NCBI GenBank assembly: GCA_951406725.2
Contig: OX597824.1
Coordinates: 10,478,001 to 10,542,000, forward strand
Source: Octopus vulgaris
Taxonomy: Eukaryota
Direction: 5' to 3'
DNA length: 64,000 nucleotides
Positions 1 through 11,897 of this stretch are shown piece after piece. Both the position numbers and the translations under genes were made by a program. The notes under the pieces were generated by a model, which was not told the origin of the DNA, ran no database searches, and worked only from the letters and a program-made list of their open reading frames with translations. How positions within the stretch are numbered: position 1 is the first letter of the stretch; every line of letters begins with the position of its first letter.

Positions 1-1
1 A

Positions 2-242
2 AAGCTCTATCTGCGACGATTTCATCTCAATCGAAGGAGAGGGGCTTTCTCCGTCCGGGTTGCGGATCCGTGGAATAAGCTGCCAGACGAGATGGTGAAG
101 ATGCCGACGACCGCTCGGTTCAAAGTCTCCCTTGACCACAAGTGGCCTGAACTCTTTACATGAACACCACCCTGTACATAACTCCATGTCCCCCTACATG
201 GCCTTGCTTTTTGCTTTTTGAGCCAAAAATTAACTAACTAAC
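2..242 (+). mobile_element. CR1-clade LINE 3' end (ORF2 C-terminus, 3' UTR and (TAAC)n tail)
   Basis: Frame 2..163 reads KLYLRRFHLNRRRGAFSVRVADPWNKLPDEMVKMPTTARFKVSLDHKWPELFT*, matching the CR1 'FSxRVxxxWNxLP...FKxxLD' C-terminus. A short UTR follows, ending in taactaactaac. Confidence 0.8.
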
Positions 243-625
243 ATGTAACCTTAGAATTTATAGATCTCTGGCTGTCCAGAGAAAGTCGTTTTGATTTTAC
301 AGTTATGTGTTTGCAATCAGCTCTGAGAGTATCAAAAAGAGATGTCGGTGGGACAGAAGCAGTTGTGAAACCACAGACTGTTGGAATAGGGTTAGTCTTA
401 CATTTTTCCCAAGATGACATCACAACAAAGATTGGAGATGATAAAGAATGTAACGAAATCATATCTAATCATTCAAAAATTCTACAATAACTTGGATATA
501 TTGTACTAACCTTAAAAGTAAGAAGAGATGTAGCTACCACTAGTTGGATTTGGATGTTCCTTGTTAAGGAAGCTTTCCAAGTTTCCTGTGTCATTGGCTT
601 TCCTTCCATTTATTCTCATATCTAT
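243..625 (-). pseudogene. Fossil Ty3/Gypsy aspartic protease and pre-RT linker (frameshifted)
   Basis: Minus-strand pieces RINGRKANDTGNLESFL, FIISNLCCDVILGK and PTVCGFTTASVPPTSLFDTLRADCKHITVKSKR resemble the Gypsy protease/linker pattern 'LIDSGSTESFI...NLCCDVILG...CGLTTLxVxPPSLFxNLTxDCKPIATKSRR'. Confidence 0.7.
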
Positions 626-627
626 AA

Positions 628-1446
628 CATCATCATCATTGTTTAACGTCTGCTTTCCATGCTAGCATGGGTTGGACGATTTGACTGAGGACTGGCAAAC
701 CAGATGGCTGCACTAGGCTCCAATCTGATTTGGCAGAGTTTCTACGACTGGATGCCCTTCCTAACGCCAACCACTCTGAGAGTGTAGTGGGTGCTTTTAC
801 GTGCCACCGGCACGAGGGCCAGTCAGGCAGTACTGGCAACGATCACGGAAAATCGTGGGTTTTTTTTTTTACATGTCACCTTTACACCGGCACAAGTGCC
901 AGTAAGGCAACACTGGTAACGATCACCCTCGAATGGTGCTTTATACATGCCACCAGCATAAACGCCAGTTAGCCACTCTGGCAATGATCACCCTCGGATG
1001 GTGCTCTTAGTGCTCCACTAGCACGGATGCCAGTCATCAAATTTGATTTTGATTCCGACTTCACTTGCCTCAACAGGTCTTCACAAGCAGTTTCCATTGA
1101 AGGGAAGGTACGCATAAGTGGGCTGGTTACACCCCTGGCATAGGCCACAAGGTTATGGTCTCATTTGGCTTGCCGGGTCTTCTCAAGCACAGCATATTTC
1201 CAAAATTCTTGGTCACTGGTCATTGCCTCAGTGAGGCCTAATGTTCGAAGGTCGTGCTTCACCACTTCATCTACCTCTTCCACAGGTTCCCTCAACCGCT
1301 AGGGTGTGGCACTTTTTCACACAGCTATCCTCATCCATTCTCACCACATGACCATACCAGTGCAGTTGTCTCTCTTGCACACTACATCTGATGCTTCTTA
1401 AGTCCAACGTTTCTCTCAAGTTACTTACACTCTGTCGAGTATGCAT
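628..1446 (-). mobile_element. RTE-clade LINE 3' fragment (ORF C-terminus 1161-1446, repeat-containing 3' UTR, (GAT)n tail)
   Basis: RQLHWYGHVVRMDEDSCVKK...GRGR is the RTE 'RLRWFGHVxRM' motif. The UTR is shared with other copies and the tail reads (CAT)n on the plus strand. Confidence 0.85.
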
Positions 1447-1449
1447 AGT

Positions 1450-1986
1450 GAGGTGCGGCAACAGACAGAGTAGCTATTGTGGATACCTCTGCAGTTGTAG
1501 ATGGAAGAGATTGACCTACTTTGGTGCAATGTCCTTCTTACCACAGTTATTACATAGCATCAACTTGGTGGAACATTTTGACTGGGGATGTGTCTTTAAA
1601 CTGCAGAAAAAAAAAAAAAAAGCACTTAGTGATAACTTCTGGAACTGTTGAAGAGTGACCTGAAAGTATATGACCAGTATTTTCCCACTGAGATTTTGAA
1701 GACTTGGCTACAGCTGCATTAATTGAAAGAGGTTATGCAAAAAGTGCTGAGTGTTTTTCAGTCATTTCCAGAGTATATACTTGCTCATGGGCAATCTACA
1801 TATCTAGAGTGTTACTTCAAGTAAACGTTGCTTTATCTGTGATGAAGAATAAAAGCATCCTTATGCGACACGACAGTTACTGCTTTAAAGTTAGTGTTAA
1901 ATAAGCTTTAATATTTGTCTAGTGGTTCATTAAACTCTTGCTTACAAGTAGTCAAAAGATGTCACACATATACTCCATTCTTTGCT
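1450..1986 (-). pseudogene. Fossil Ty3/Gypsy gag with zinc knuckle
   Basis: Degenerate peptides KAKNGVYV*HLLTTCKQEFNEPLDKY, NFKAVT..DAFI, IKQRLLE.NTLDM and HPQSKC....CNNCGKK(G)HCTKV match Gypsy gag and its zinc knuckle. Same strand as, and upstream of, the protease at 243-625. Confidence 0.75.
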
Positions 1987-2214
1987 TTAATCCTTTCATT
2001 ACCAACCCGGCTGAAACCGGCTCTAGCTCTGAGTACAAATGTCTTGTTTTCATAAGTTTTGAATTAAAATCTTCCACCAAACTTTAGTCACAATTTATGT
2101 TCCTAACACCAACTGAATGATAATTAAGTTATTTTACTAAATTCTTTGTTATATTTAAAGTAATTGAAAGAAACACAGAACATCTCAAAATAAATACAAT
2201 AACGAAAGGGTTAA
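1987..2214. mobile_element. piggyBac-type MITE, family E (about 225 bp)
   Basis: Termini TTAA-(T)CCTTTC ... GAAAGGG-TTAA. Same sequence as the units at 16081 and 59043-62442. Confidence 0.8.
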
Positions 2215-2259
2215 TGCATATAGCCTGCAAAACATTTATAGTGGCATTATGCATAGGCA

Positions 2260-2845
2260 CATCATCATCATCGTTTAACGTCCTTTTTCCATGCTAGCAT
2301 GGGTTAGCTGGTTCAACCGGGGTCTGGGAAGCCAGAAGGCTGCACCAGGCTCCAGTCTGATCTGGCAGTGTTTCTACAGCTGGATGCCCTTCCTAATGCC
2401 AACCACTCCAAGAGTGTAGTGGGTGCTTTTTATGTGCCAGGCGAGGCTGTCAATGGCCATGATTGGTTGGTGCTTTTTACGTGCCACCGGCACGGAAGCC
2501 AGTCAAGGCAGCGCTGGCAACGGCCATGTTCGGATGGTGCTTTTTACATGCCATCGGCACAGGTATCACAACTACAATTTCCATTGATTTTTGATGCTGA
2601 TGTACTTGACTCAATAGGTCTCCTCAAGCACAGGGTCAAAACAGTGTTTCTTTACTTGCCACCTGCACAGGAGTCAGTCCAGCGGCACTGGCAACGACCA
2701 GGTGCCAGTTATCGAATTTGGTTCAATTTTGATTTCACTTGCCCCAACTGGTCTTCGCAAGCAGAGTTTAGTGTCCAATGAAGGGAGGTTGGCATGGGTG
2801 CCAGTTGTTGGATTTGGTTCGATTTCAAATTCAATTTCGATTGCA
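2260..2845 (-). mobile_element. RTE 3' UTR/tail copy with internal 60-bp motif repeats
   Basis: (CAT)n followed by gtttaacgtcc...catgctagcatggg...ggatgcccttcctaa, with repeated ggtgctttttacgtgccaccggcac. Confidence 0.8.
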
Positions 2846-2914
2846 CATTAGCAATATTTTCAAACACTTTTGATGTTACAGTCATCCTCATTTATAATAG
2901 AGTTGGAGAGAAAT

Positions 2915-3078
2915 TTAACCCTTTAGCATTCAGATTGTTTTGTCAAATGTAATGCATTTTCATTTACGTTTTTGTAACTGAACAGGTACTGCCTCACAGC
3001 TTTGAAAATTTTTGTAACACAGTAGTCTATTTTTAGAATGTCATTGACACACAGGTGAGGTTTGGCTGGTTTGAACAA
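2915..3078. mobile_element. piggyBac-type MITE family F, partial
   Basis: Starts TTAACCCTTTAGCATTCAGATT, as do the full copies at 20880, 30067 and 46415. Confidence 0.6.
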
Positions 3079-3456
3079 TTTTAAAAAGTTACCAGGTGTA
3101 ACTTTTATCCTCTGACCTGTTTCAGTAATCTGACTGTGACTACACTAGGTACTGCCTTGAGAGTTTAGTCAAACATATCAACTAAGCGTGAGATTTATTC
3201 TATCTATCTCTTTTTGCCAAAGTGCTAAGTTACAGAGATGTAAACCAACCAATGCTGGTTGTCAAGTAATGAAGGGACAAACACTCACCAGATTTCTTTC
3301 AGTTTTTGTCTATTAAATCCACTCATAAAGCTTTGGTTGGCTTTGGAAAACTTTGATATCTCCAGAGAAGATTTATTTTTCATATCTCTGAGATGGATTA
3401 AATAAGTAGCAATCTCGTAAGTTAATCCTTTTGTTACCATATTTCTATTAACACAT

Positions 3457-3861
3457 TCTTTTATTCTTTTTATTCTTTTATTTGTTTCAGTCAGTTGACT
3501 GCGGTCATGCTGGAGCACCGCCTTTAGTCGAGCAACTCGACCCCGGGACTTATTCTTTGTAAACTCAGTACTTATTCTATCGGTCTCTTTTGCCGAACCG
3601 CTAAGTTACGGGGACGTAAATACACCAGCATCGGTTGTCAAGCAATGCTAGGGGGACAAACACAGACATACACACACACACATATATATACATACATATA
3701 TACGATGGGCTTGTTTCAGTTTCCGTCTACCAAATCCACTCACAAGGCTTTGGTCGGCCCGAGGCTATAGTAGAAGACACTTGCCCAAGGTGCCACACAG
3801 TGGGACTGAACCCGGAACCATGTGGTTGGTAAGCAAGCTACTTACCACACAGCCACTCCTG
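3457..3861 (-). mobile_element. tRNA-derived SINE family B (about 400 bp, central (CA)/(TA) tract), nested in an E-like MITE (3421-4035)
   Basis: Head has A box TGGCTGTGTGG and B-like box GGTTCAGTCCC, then CORE-like CCTTGGGCAAGT. Tail is GGTGCTCCAGCATG...GAAACAAATAAAAG. More than 15 copies in the window. Confidence 0.9.
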
Positions 3862-4139
3862 CTGCCTTTGCTTCAGTTTATTTTTAAAATAATGAAGAAT
3901 TTAGTAAAATAACTCTTTGATTATATAAGCTGGGATCTGGAACAAATTAGCATAAAATTTTGATGTAAGATTATAATTTAGACTACTTGTCTTAGAACCT
4001 GAGGTAGTCTCAGGTAGGTTGGTATTAAAAAGGTTACCCTTTATGTAACTGACTTATGATCAAAGCCATTCCAGCCGTGAGTCTCCTAAGTTGAACAACA
4101 TTACCTAATGTGCCTTTTCCCTGAATTTTGGGAGATTTT

Positions 4140-5027
4140 TTTCCACATTTTTTTCGGCATCGATTTTTCTTCAACTTTGAAAATAGGTAGGAGTTTCATG
4201 TTATCAAGCATTGATTCCGAATTGGAAAATTTGTGAAGCAAATACTGGGTACTGTTGTGGATTTAGTTTTTATACAGGGAAACTAATGTTAGTCAGCATG
4301 GCTTAGGGAACGATGTGGTCTGGAAGTTATTGTTTGAAGCAATCAATGCGGAAACAAACTTACGCAGAATGTAAACAAACCCCAAATCGGGGTTCAAATT
4401 TCGTAAAAATTTGTGAAACAAATACTGGGTACTGCGTGGATTTAGTTTTTATACAGGGAAACTAATGTTAGTCAGCATGGCCTAGGAAACGATGTGGTCT
4501 GGAATTTATCACTTCCATTCCATAACCAGGGCCGTATATTATTTTTTTATCGATTTCTTTAGTTCGGTCAAACTTACGGTGGATTCCAGTATTTCACTTT
4601 ATTCCACCTTTATGGTACACCTGTTGTGCATTAAATTCAACTGATGATCTAGTGATGTGCACAATTCTTCTTTATCAAAATTTTGTTGCATACCCATTTG
4701 AATATTAGCTGATGATTCATTTTCTATGGTGATGTTTAAACAAAATTTTAATATTTTTACCTTTTGCTCAATTTAAAATTTTAATATTTTTACCTTTTGC
4801 TCAATTTACCTGGATTTACCTGTAATTAAAGTCACTTTGAGACAAAAGTTATGCAAAAGAATTGATTAAGAACCCTTTCTTTAATTATGTTCCAAATATC
4901 ACATTAAATATGTTAAGTAAAAAAGTTACAGTTATTTAATGAAACAAGCCTAGATTCATGATTATTTTAGAATTTAATTGAAACTCATGAGGGGTGTATT
5001 TTGGTCAGAAATATAGTAACGAAAGGG
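4140..5027. mobile_element. Probable DNA-transposon remnant with a piggyBac-like right end and internal duplications
   Basis: Right end ...GTAACGAAAGGG resembles family E. About 95 bp is duplicated (4227-4325 and 4407-4505) and there is a 34-bp tandem at 4742-4808. Left boundary is uncertain. Confidence 0.45.
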
Positions 5028-5611
5028 ATCGCATTGTTAGTTGGAGGTTTAGCTTCTACTTTCAGCGGTTCAAACTGCCATGTAAAAGTTCCCTCTTTAG
5101 CATGACTATATAGCAAACAGTAATATGCTGGGGTTGAATATATTGGCTATATTCTATTCACTTATAAGTGAAAAAAAAAGCAAAAAAAAAAAAAATCATC
5201 CTTGTGTTCAAGAAACAAATTATTATAGAGCACGTGCTAACCTTGTTTCTGATCTTTTATTTCAGATTATTAAATTACCATAACATTTAGGATAATGTCA
5301 TATTGTAATCTTGTGTTGTCCTTTTAATTCATCTATTGTATTGTTTTCTCTAAATGCCTGACCAAGCATATATTTGTGTTTGAGGAGGTTACAACAAACA
5401 TCCCTTCACACAGAGTAAATAATTATACCTCTGTAACATGTTGAACATAATATGAAAATAGATGTGTATCTGCCAAAGTGTCGTGTATAGTTTTGTTTGC
5501 CAATAGAGGAATATATAAGTACTCAATTAAGTCATTCATTAGTATAATAGCAAATGCATACATAAGAATTGGTGATAATTTATTTCATAAATTACTTGAG
5601 CTGTATATATA

Positions 5612-6303
5612 TTCTTTTCTTTCTTTATCCTTTTACTTGTTTCAGTAATTTGACTGCAGCCATGCTGGAGCACCGCCTTTAATCGAGCAAATCGACCCCG
5701 GGACTTATTCTTTGTAAGCCCAGTACTTATTCTATCGGTCTCTTTTGCCGAACCGCTAAGTTACGGGGACGTAAACACACCAGCATCGGTTGTCAAGCAA
5801 TGCTAGGGGGACAAACACAGACATACACACACACACACACATATATATACATACATATATATGATGGGCTTCCTTTCAGTTTCCGTCTACCAAATCCACT
5901 CACAAGGCATTGGTCGGCCCGGGGCTGTAGCAGAAGACACTTGCCCAAGATGCCACGCTGTGGGACTGAACCCGGTACCATGTGGTTGGTAAGCAAGCTA
6001 CTTTATTTTATTTAATTTGACACAAGGGCAGCACACAGATAGCCGCTATGGGCTGGACACAGACATTAATGAATGATGGTGATGGGAGAAGACGAAAGCG
6101 CCTGCCGACCCCCGCTTTTCTAAGACAATGTTCTTTTTTCCAATGAGTTCACTTAGACAATGTTTTTTTTTTTTTTTTCCAATGAGTCCAAAAATACAAA
6201 ACGCCTACCTTTACTAAAAGTTCAACAATGGCAGCTGCCAAAAAACATGTCTGAACATGTCAGAGGTTAGCAAGCTACTTACCACACAGCCACTCCTGCT
6301 CCT
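5612..6303 (-). mobile_element. SINE family B interrupted in its tRNA head by a 265-bp insertion
   Basis: Family B sequence, with AGCAAGCTACTT duplicated at 5992-6003 and 6269-6280. Confidence 0.9.
6004..6268 (-). mobile_element. 5'-truncated retroelement 3' end (unclassified) with 12-bp TSD
   Basis: Flanked by a perfect 12-bp TSD, with an A-rich (AAAT-like) tail on the minus strand. Confidence 0.6.
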
Positions 6304-6358
6304 ATTTATTTGTATTTTACTTTGTTCCCTAGTTGAGGTTCTTATTATATAAATTACC

Positions 6359-6765
6359 AGGCGTAGGAGTGGCTGTGTGGTAAGTAGCTTGCTTACCAAC
6401 CACATAGTTCTGGTTTCAGTCCCACTGCGTGGCATCTTGGGCAAGTGTCTTCTACTATAGACCCCGGCCGACCAAAGCCTTGTGAGTGGATTTGGTAGAC
6501 GGAAACTGAAAGAAGCCTGTCGTATATAAGTATATATATTTATGTGTGTGTATATGTTTGTGTGTCTGTGTTTGTCCCCCCAACATCGCTTGACAACTGA
6601 TGGTGGCGTGTTTACGTCCCTGTAACTTAGCGGTTCGGCAAAAGAGACTGATAGAATAAGTACTAGGCTTACAAAGAATAAGTCCTGGAGTCGATTTGCT
6701 CGACTAAAAGGCGGTGCTCCAGCACGGCCGCAGTCAAACAACTGAAACAAGTAAAAGAGAGTAAG
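6359..6765 (+). mobile_element. SINE family B, full length
   Basis: Runs from ggcgtaggagtggctgtgtggtaag to gaaacaagtaaaagag. Confidence 0.9.
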
Positions 6766-7161
6766 TTGTCGCTATGCCATCACTTAACCTTTTAGAAATA
6801 GCAGCTGAATCTTCTTCAAAACCTTTTGTACTGTGTTAAAAATGAAAGGATACATAGAATGATGTAGTTTTTGATATACTATGCCTGAATAGAACAGAAT
6901 GGTCACACTGAAATGTGTCAAATCATAACTATCAGACAAGTACTGGGATGATTCAATTGACTGCTCCCCCTCTTCTTAAATTTGTAACCGTAGAAGAAAT
7001 CAATAATATCAAAAGAATCAAAGGCAAGATTTTGGCCACAGACTTTTCACAACCAATCTATAGAGAATCATTTCACAGTAACTGTAAATAGAACCTTTTC
7101 ATAGTTGTTTTGTATACGTAAAACACTTGGATAATATGTTGTGTATGTGTGTGTATTGTGA

Positions 7162-7488
7162 AGGCGCATGGCTCAGTGGTTAGAGCATCGAGCTTATGAT
7201 CGTGAGGTTGAATCCCGGACCGGGCTGCGTGTTGTGTTCTTGAGCAAGACACTATATTTCACGTTGCTCCAGTTCACTCAGCTGTAGAAACGAGTTGCGA
7301 CGTCACAGGTGCCAAGCTGTATCGGCCTTTACCTCTCCCTTGGATAACACTGGTGGCGTGGAGAGGAGAGACTGGTATGCATGGGCGACTGCTGGTCTTC
7401 CATAAACAGCCTTGCCCGGACTTGTGCCTGGGAGGGTAACTTTCTAGGTGCAATCCCATGGTCTGTGTCATGACCGAAGGGAGTCTCA
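7162..7488 (+). mobile_element. tRNA-derived SINE with CORE-like domain and a distinct tail
   Basis: A box TGGCTCAGTGG, then gtgttcttgagcaagacact...ttgctccagttcactcagctgt. Confidence 0.75.
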
Positions 7489-7507
7489 GATGTGTGTGTA
7501 TTACTAT

Positions 7508-7910
7508 ACTCTCTTTTCTCTTTTTCAGTCATTTGACTGTGGCCATGTTGGAGCACCACCTTTAGTCGAGCAAATCGACCCCAGGTCTTTGTAAGCCTAA
7601 TACTTATTCTATCGGTCTCTTTTGCCGAACCACTAAGTTACGGGGACATAAACACACCAGCATCGGTTGTCAAGCGATGTTGGGGGGATAAACACAGACA
7701 CACAAACATATACACACACAAACATATACATACATATACATATATACGACGGGCTTCTTTCAGTTTCCGTCTACCAAATCCACTCACAAGGCTTTGGTCG
7801 GCCCGAGGCTATAGTAGAAGACACTTGCCCAAGGTGCCACGCAGTGGGACTGAACCCGGAACCATGTGGTTTGTAAGCAAGCTACTTACCACACAGCCAC
7901 TCCTATGCCT
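7508..7910 (-). mobile_element. SINE family B
   Basis: Full head and tail match the family. Confidence 0.9.
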
Positions 7911-8096
7911 ATATAAGATATTCAACTCCTAGTATAAGATATTCTTATACTAATTCTTTCTAATTTTGACACAAGGCCAGCAATTTTTTGAGGGAAGTGG
8001 GGGAAACTCAGTTACATCAGTTTCAGTGTTCAACTGGTACGTGTTTTATTGATCCTGAAAAGACGAAAAGCAAAGTTGACTATGGCGGCATCTGAA

Positions 8097-9807
8097 CATC
8101 ATCATCATCATCATCATTTAGCGTCCGCTTTCCATGCTAGCATGGGTTGGACGGTTCGACCGGGGTCTGGTAAGCCAGAAGGCTGCCCTAGGCCCAGTCT
8201 GATCTGGCAGTGTTTCTACGGCTGGATGCCCTTCCTAACACCAACCACTCTGTGAGCATAGTGGGTACTTTTTACCTGCTACCGGCACAGGGGCCAGACA
8301 GAGCCTGGCAACATCCACGATCGCTTGGTGCTTTTTATGTGCCACTGGCAAGGAAGCCAGTCAAGGCAGCACTGGCATCGGCCACATTCGGATGGTGCTT
8401 TTTACATGCCACCAGCATGGGTATCACATCTATAATTTCCATTTGATTTTTATTTTGATGTTGATGTACATGACTCAATGGGTCTCCTCAAGCACAGCAG
8501 GTCACCCTACAATCCAAGATAAGCACAGCAGGTCGTCCTACAATCCAAGGTACTTTGAATCGGGCTGGTTATGTGAAGCTGGTGTAGGATACGCCATGGA
8601 CTCACTTTATTTGTCGGGTCTTCACAGTCACAGCATACCTCCAGAGGTTTTGGTCTTTCATCATTGCCTCTGTGAGGCCCAGTGTTTGAGGGTCATGCTT
8701 CACCACCTCATCCCATGTTTTCCTGGGTCTACCTCTACCCCGTATTTCTTCGACTGTTTGGGAGTGGCACTTCTTCACACATCTCTCTGCATCCATCCGT
8801 AGTACATGACCATACCAGTGCAAACATCTCTCTTGCACACCACATCTGATGCTTCTTATGTCCAACATTTCTCTCAGGGTGCTTACAGTCTGTCATGTGT
8901 GCACACTGACATTACACATCCAATGGATCATGCTAGCTTCATTTCTTTCAAGCCTAGGCATATCCTCCGCAGTCATGGCTCATGTTTCACTGCCGTGAAG
9001 CATGGCAGTTCGCGCCCATGCATTGTACAATCTACCTTTCACCCTGAGCGAGAAACCCTTTGTCACCAGTAGGGGTAGAAGCTTTCTAAACTTTGCCCAG
9101 GCTATTCTTACTCTAGTGGTAACACTCTCTGAGCATCCACTCCCAGTACTAACTTGATCACTTATGTAGCGGAAGCTATTAACTACTTCTAGTTTCTCCC
9201 CCTGGAGTGTGATGGAATCTGTTTTCTGAGCATCTATGGTATCTATTGCCCCTGTGCATTTGTCGCACATGAAAGCTATCTTATTGGTTAATCTTCCTTT
9301 GATGTTGCTGCACCTCTTATGTGTCCATAGCTTACACTGGGTACATCTTATGGAGTTTCTACCTACACCTTTTCTACAAATCGAGTAAAGCCACCTACCT
9401 GAAGACATGTGTGATGAGTTCACCTTCCTACTTACTAGAACTTTGGTTTTTGCTACATTGACTCTAAGACCTTTTGATTCTAAACCTAGCTTCCACACCC
9501 GAAATTTCTTTTCTAGTTCCAGGTAGTGATTCTGCTATGAGGGCCAGGTCATCAGCATAGAGGAGCTCCCAGGGGCAACCCATCTTGAATTCCTCTGTTA
9601 TTGCCTGGAGGACTATGATGAATAAAAGGGGATTGAGGGCTGAACCTTGGTGGACCCCTACTTCTACCCGGAATTCTTCACTATACTCATTGCCAATTCT
9701 AACCTTACTAATGGCCTCTCTGTATAGGGCCTGTACAGCCCTTATTAACCATTCGTCAATCTCCAGTTTCCGCATTGCCCACCAGATAAGGGATTGAGGG
9801 ACCCTGT
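8097..9807 (-). mobile_element. RTE-clade LINE, 5'-truncated: frameshifted reverse transcriptase (8602-9807), 3' UTR and (GAT)n tail
   Basis: Peptides GVHQGSALNPLLFIIV, ELLYADDLALIA, GLRVNVAKTKV, AMLHGSET, RCLHWYGHVLRM and GRGRPRKTW, with two frameshifts. Confidence 0.95.
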
Positions 9808-9809
9808 GT

Positions 9810-10293
9810 GCCATTGGGAAAGTCAGGCAGTACTGGCAATGGCCATGCTCAAAAGGGGTCTTTTACGTGCCACCTGCAGAGGATCCAGTCCAGTGGCACT
9901 GGCAACGACCTCGCTCGAATGTTTTTTCACATGCTACCAGCACAAGTGCTAGTAAGGCGATGCAGGTAACGATCATGCTCAAATGGTGCTTTTTATGTGC
10001 CACCGGCATGGAAGCCAGTTTGCCACTCTGGCAACAATCACACTCGGATGGTGCTCTTAGCGCTCCAGTAGCGCGGATGCCAGTCATAGAATTTTGATTT
10101 TGATTTCACTTGCCTCAACAGGTCTTTGCAAGCAGAGTTTAGTGTCCAATGAAGGAAAGGTACGCATAAGTGGGCTGATTACACCCCTGGCATAGGCCAC
10201 GAGGTTATGGTCTCATTTGGCTTGCCGGGTTTTCTCAAGTACAGCATATTTCCAAAAGTCTCAGTCATCAATCATTGCCTCGGTGAGGCCTAA
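9810..10293 (-). mobile_element. Second RTE subfamily fragment (ORF end and middle of the 3' UTR)
   Basis: Colinear with 820-1240. The ORF ends WKYAVLEKTRQAK*. Confidence 0.8.
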
Positions 10294-10326
10294 TATATAT
10301 ATATATACACATACATACACACATAT

Positions 10327-10750
10327 ATGGCTGTGTGGTTAGAAGTTTGCTTCTCAACTACATGGTCTTGGGTTTAGTTCCATTACATTTCACCTTGGAC
10401 ACGTTTCCTCTACTATAGAGCCCTGGGTTGACTAAAGCCTTGTGAGTAGATTTAATAGACAGAAACTAAACGATGCTTGTCATATCTATATATGGATGTG
10501 AGTGTGTGAATGTTTGTGTTTCCCTGTCTTGAAACACAAACATGATAGTCACAAAATGATTGTCATTGTCATACAAGCAGTTTCCATCCTTTTCCAGTGT
10601 TCTTCAGGAACATGTCTGGACTTGGTTAAATATTATCTTGCTTGGAAACAAGTGAGAGTTGTCGACCGGAAAGGCGTCCAGCTATCAAATATCTGACTTG
10701 ATAAATTCTGTCCAACCCATGCGAAGCATGGAAAAGTAGATATTATGATG
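10327..10750 (+). mobile_element. Older SINE family G: B-type tRNA head with an RTE-type tail
   Basis: tggctgtgtggttagaag head. The tail ggaaaggcgtccagct...acccatgcgaagcatggaaaag...(gat)n is shared with the RTE 3' end. Confidence 0.7.
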
Positions 10751-11519
10751 TTGGTGGTGGTGGTGGTGGTGGTGGTGATATATGTTTATGTGTGTGTGTG
10801 TGTGTTTCTATCTCCTTGTCTTTTTCTTCATCAGTCGTAAGCAAGTATCACTGTCTTGCAAATATTCTCCTCCATTTGCAATCTTCCATGAAAACATGTC
10901 CGACCATGGGGAAATACCTGCTTGGAAAAAGTAGATGATGGTTGGGGACAAGAAGGGCATCTTGTCAATAAATAAAAAAAAATCTGCTTAAATTTTAAAT
11001 GATGATGATGATGATGATATTGTCCTTTGACAGCTGAATCTTTAATAAACTAAAACAGAGTAAGACTGAAACAAATGATTATAACAAAAATAACTTAAAC
11101 TAGCTAAAGATGTGTCTGCATGAATTTGTGCTTATGTACAACTATTCATATCTCTGGCCTACTTTTGTGAGTAAAATTAATTCCAAGTGCCCCACTCAAC
11201 ATCCTGAACTTCTTCAAAAGATCTTTTATATATCCTAGGTTATATATATCTTTTATATATTTCATTTCTTCACTGTGAAACACTTTTATGTAACCTCTTG
11301 AAATTAGTAATTGGTTTAGTAGTGCCAGTATTGGTTGTGTGTTTCAGTATAATAACCAGAACCTACTAATTACAATATCATTCTTATTCATTAACTTAGT
11401 TTTAGGGGAGAGTTTTTTTTTTTTTTTAAATAAGAATGCTGTGAATTGTAAATATGTTTTTAATGATGTAATGTTTGTGTTTGTGTGTATCCTTGTCTAG
11501 ACATCGCATGATGGTTGTA

Positions 11520-11897
11520 AAGAAGCTTGAGAGGCGGTTGGATGGAACTTACACTCGCCTCCTTATGAGAGCTCAAAATCTCTTGTGGAAGCGTCATCCA
11601 ACCAAAGTACAAATATACGGGAAATTACCACCTGTATCATCTCTTGTGAAAGGTAGAAGAGTCCAGTTTGCTGGACATTGTTGTAGATCTAAAAACGAGG
11701 TAATTTCTACTCTTCTCCTCTGGAAGCCGTCTACTCACGATACCAGAGGGCGCACACTCTCCTACCCTGATGTAATCTCCAGGGATACAGGCATCCAGCA
11801 ACAGGACCTCCGTAATGCTATGATGGACCGTGAAGTCTGGCGTAACATAGTAAATTCCATTGTCTCGACCACGGTCAAACAATGATGATGATGATGG
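11520..11897 (+). mobile_element. RTE-related LINE 3' end (ORF runs directly into a (TGA)n tail)
   Basis: LDGTYTRLL...RRVQFAGHCCR...MMDREVWR. TSD TGATGGTTGTAAA on both sides. A second copy lies at 28301-28505. Confidence 0.85.

Noticed and set aside
997-1024. Apparent compensatory change in the unit stem (GUGCU/AGCAC versus GCGCU/AGCGC at about 10045-10075)
   Set aside because: Both changes can be explained by CpG deamination, so they were not counted as covariation evidence.
1500-1620. Strong-looking minus-strand splice acceptor (polyT-CTGCAG) suggesting an exon
   Set aside because: The sequence is better explained as the degenerate Gypsy gag zinc knuckle.
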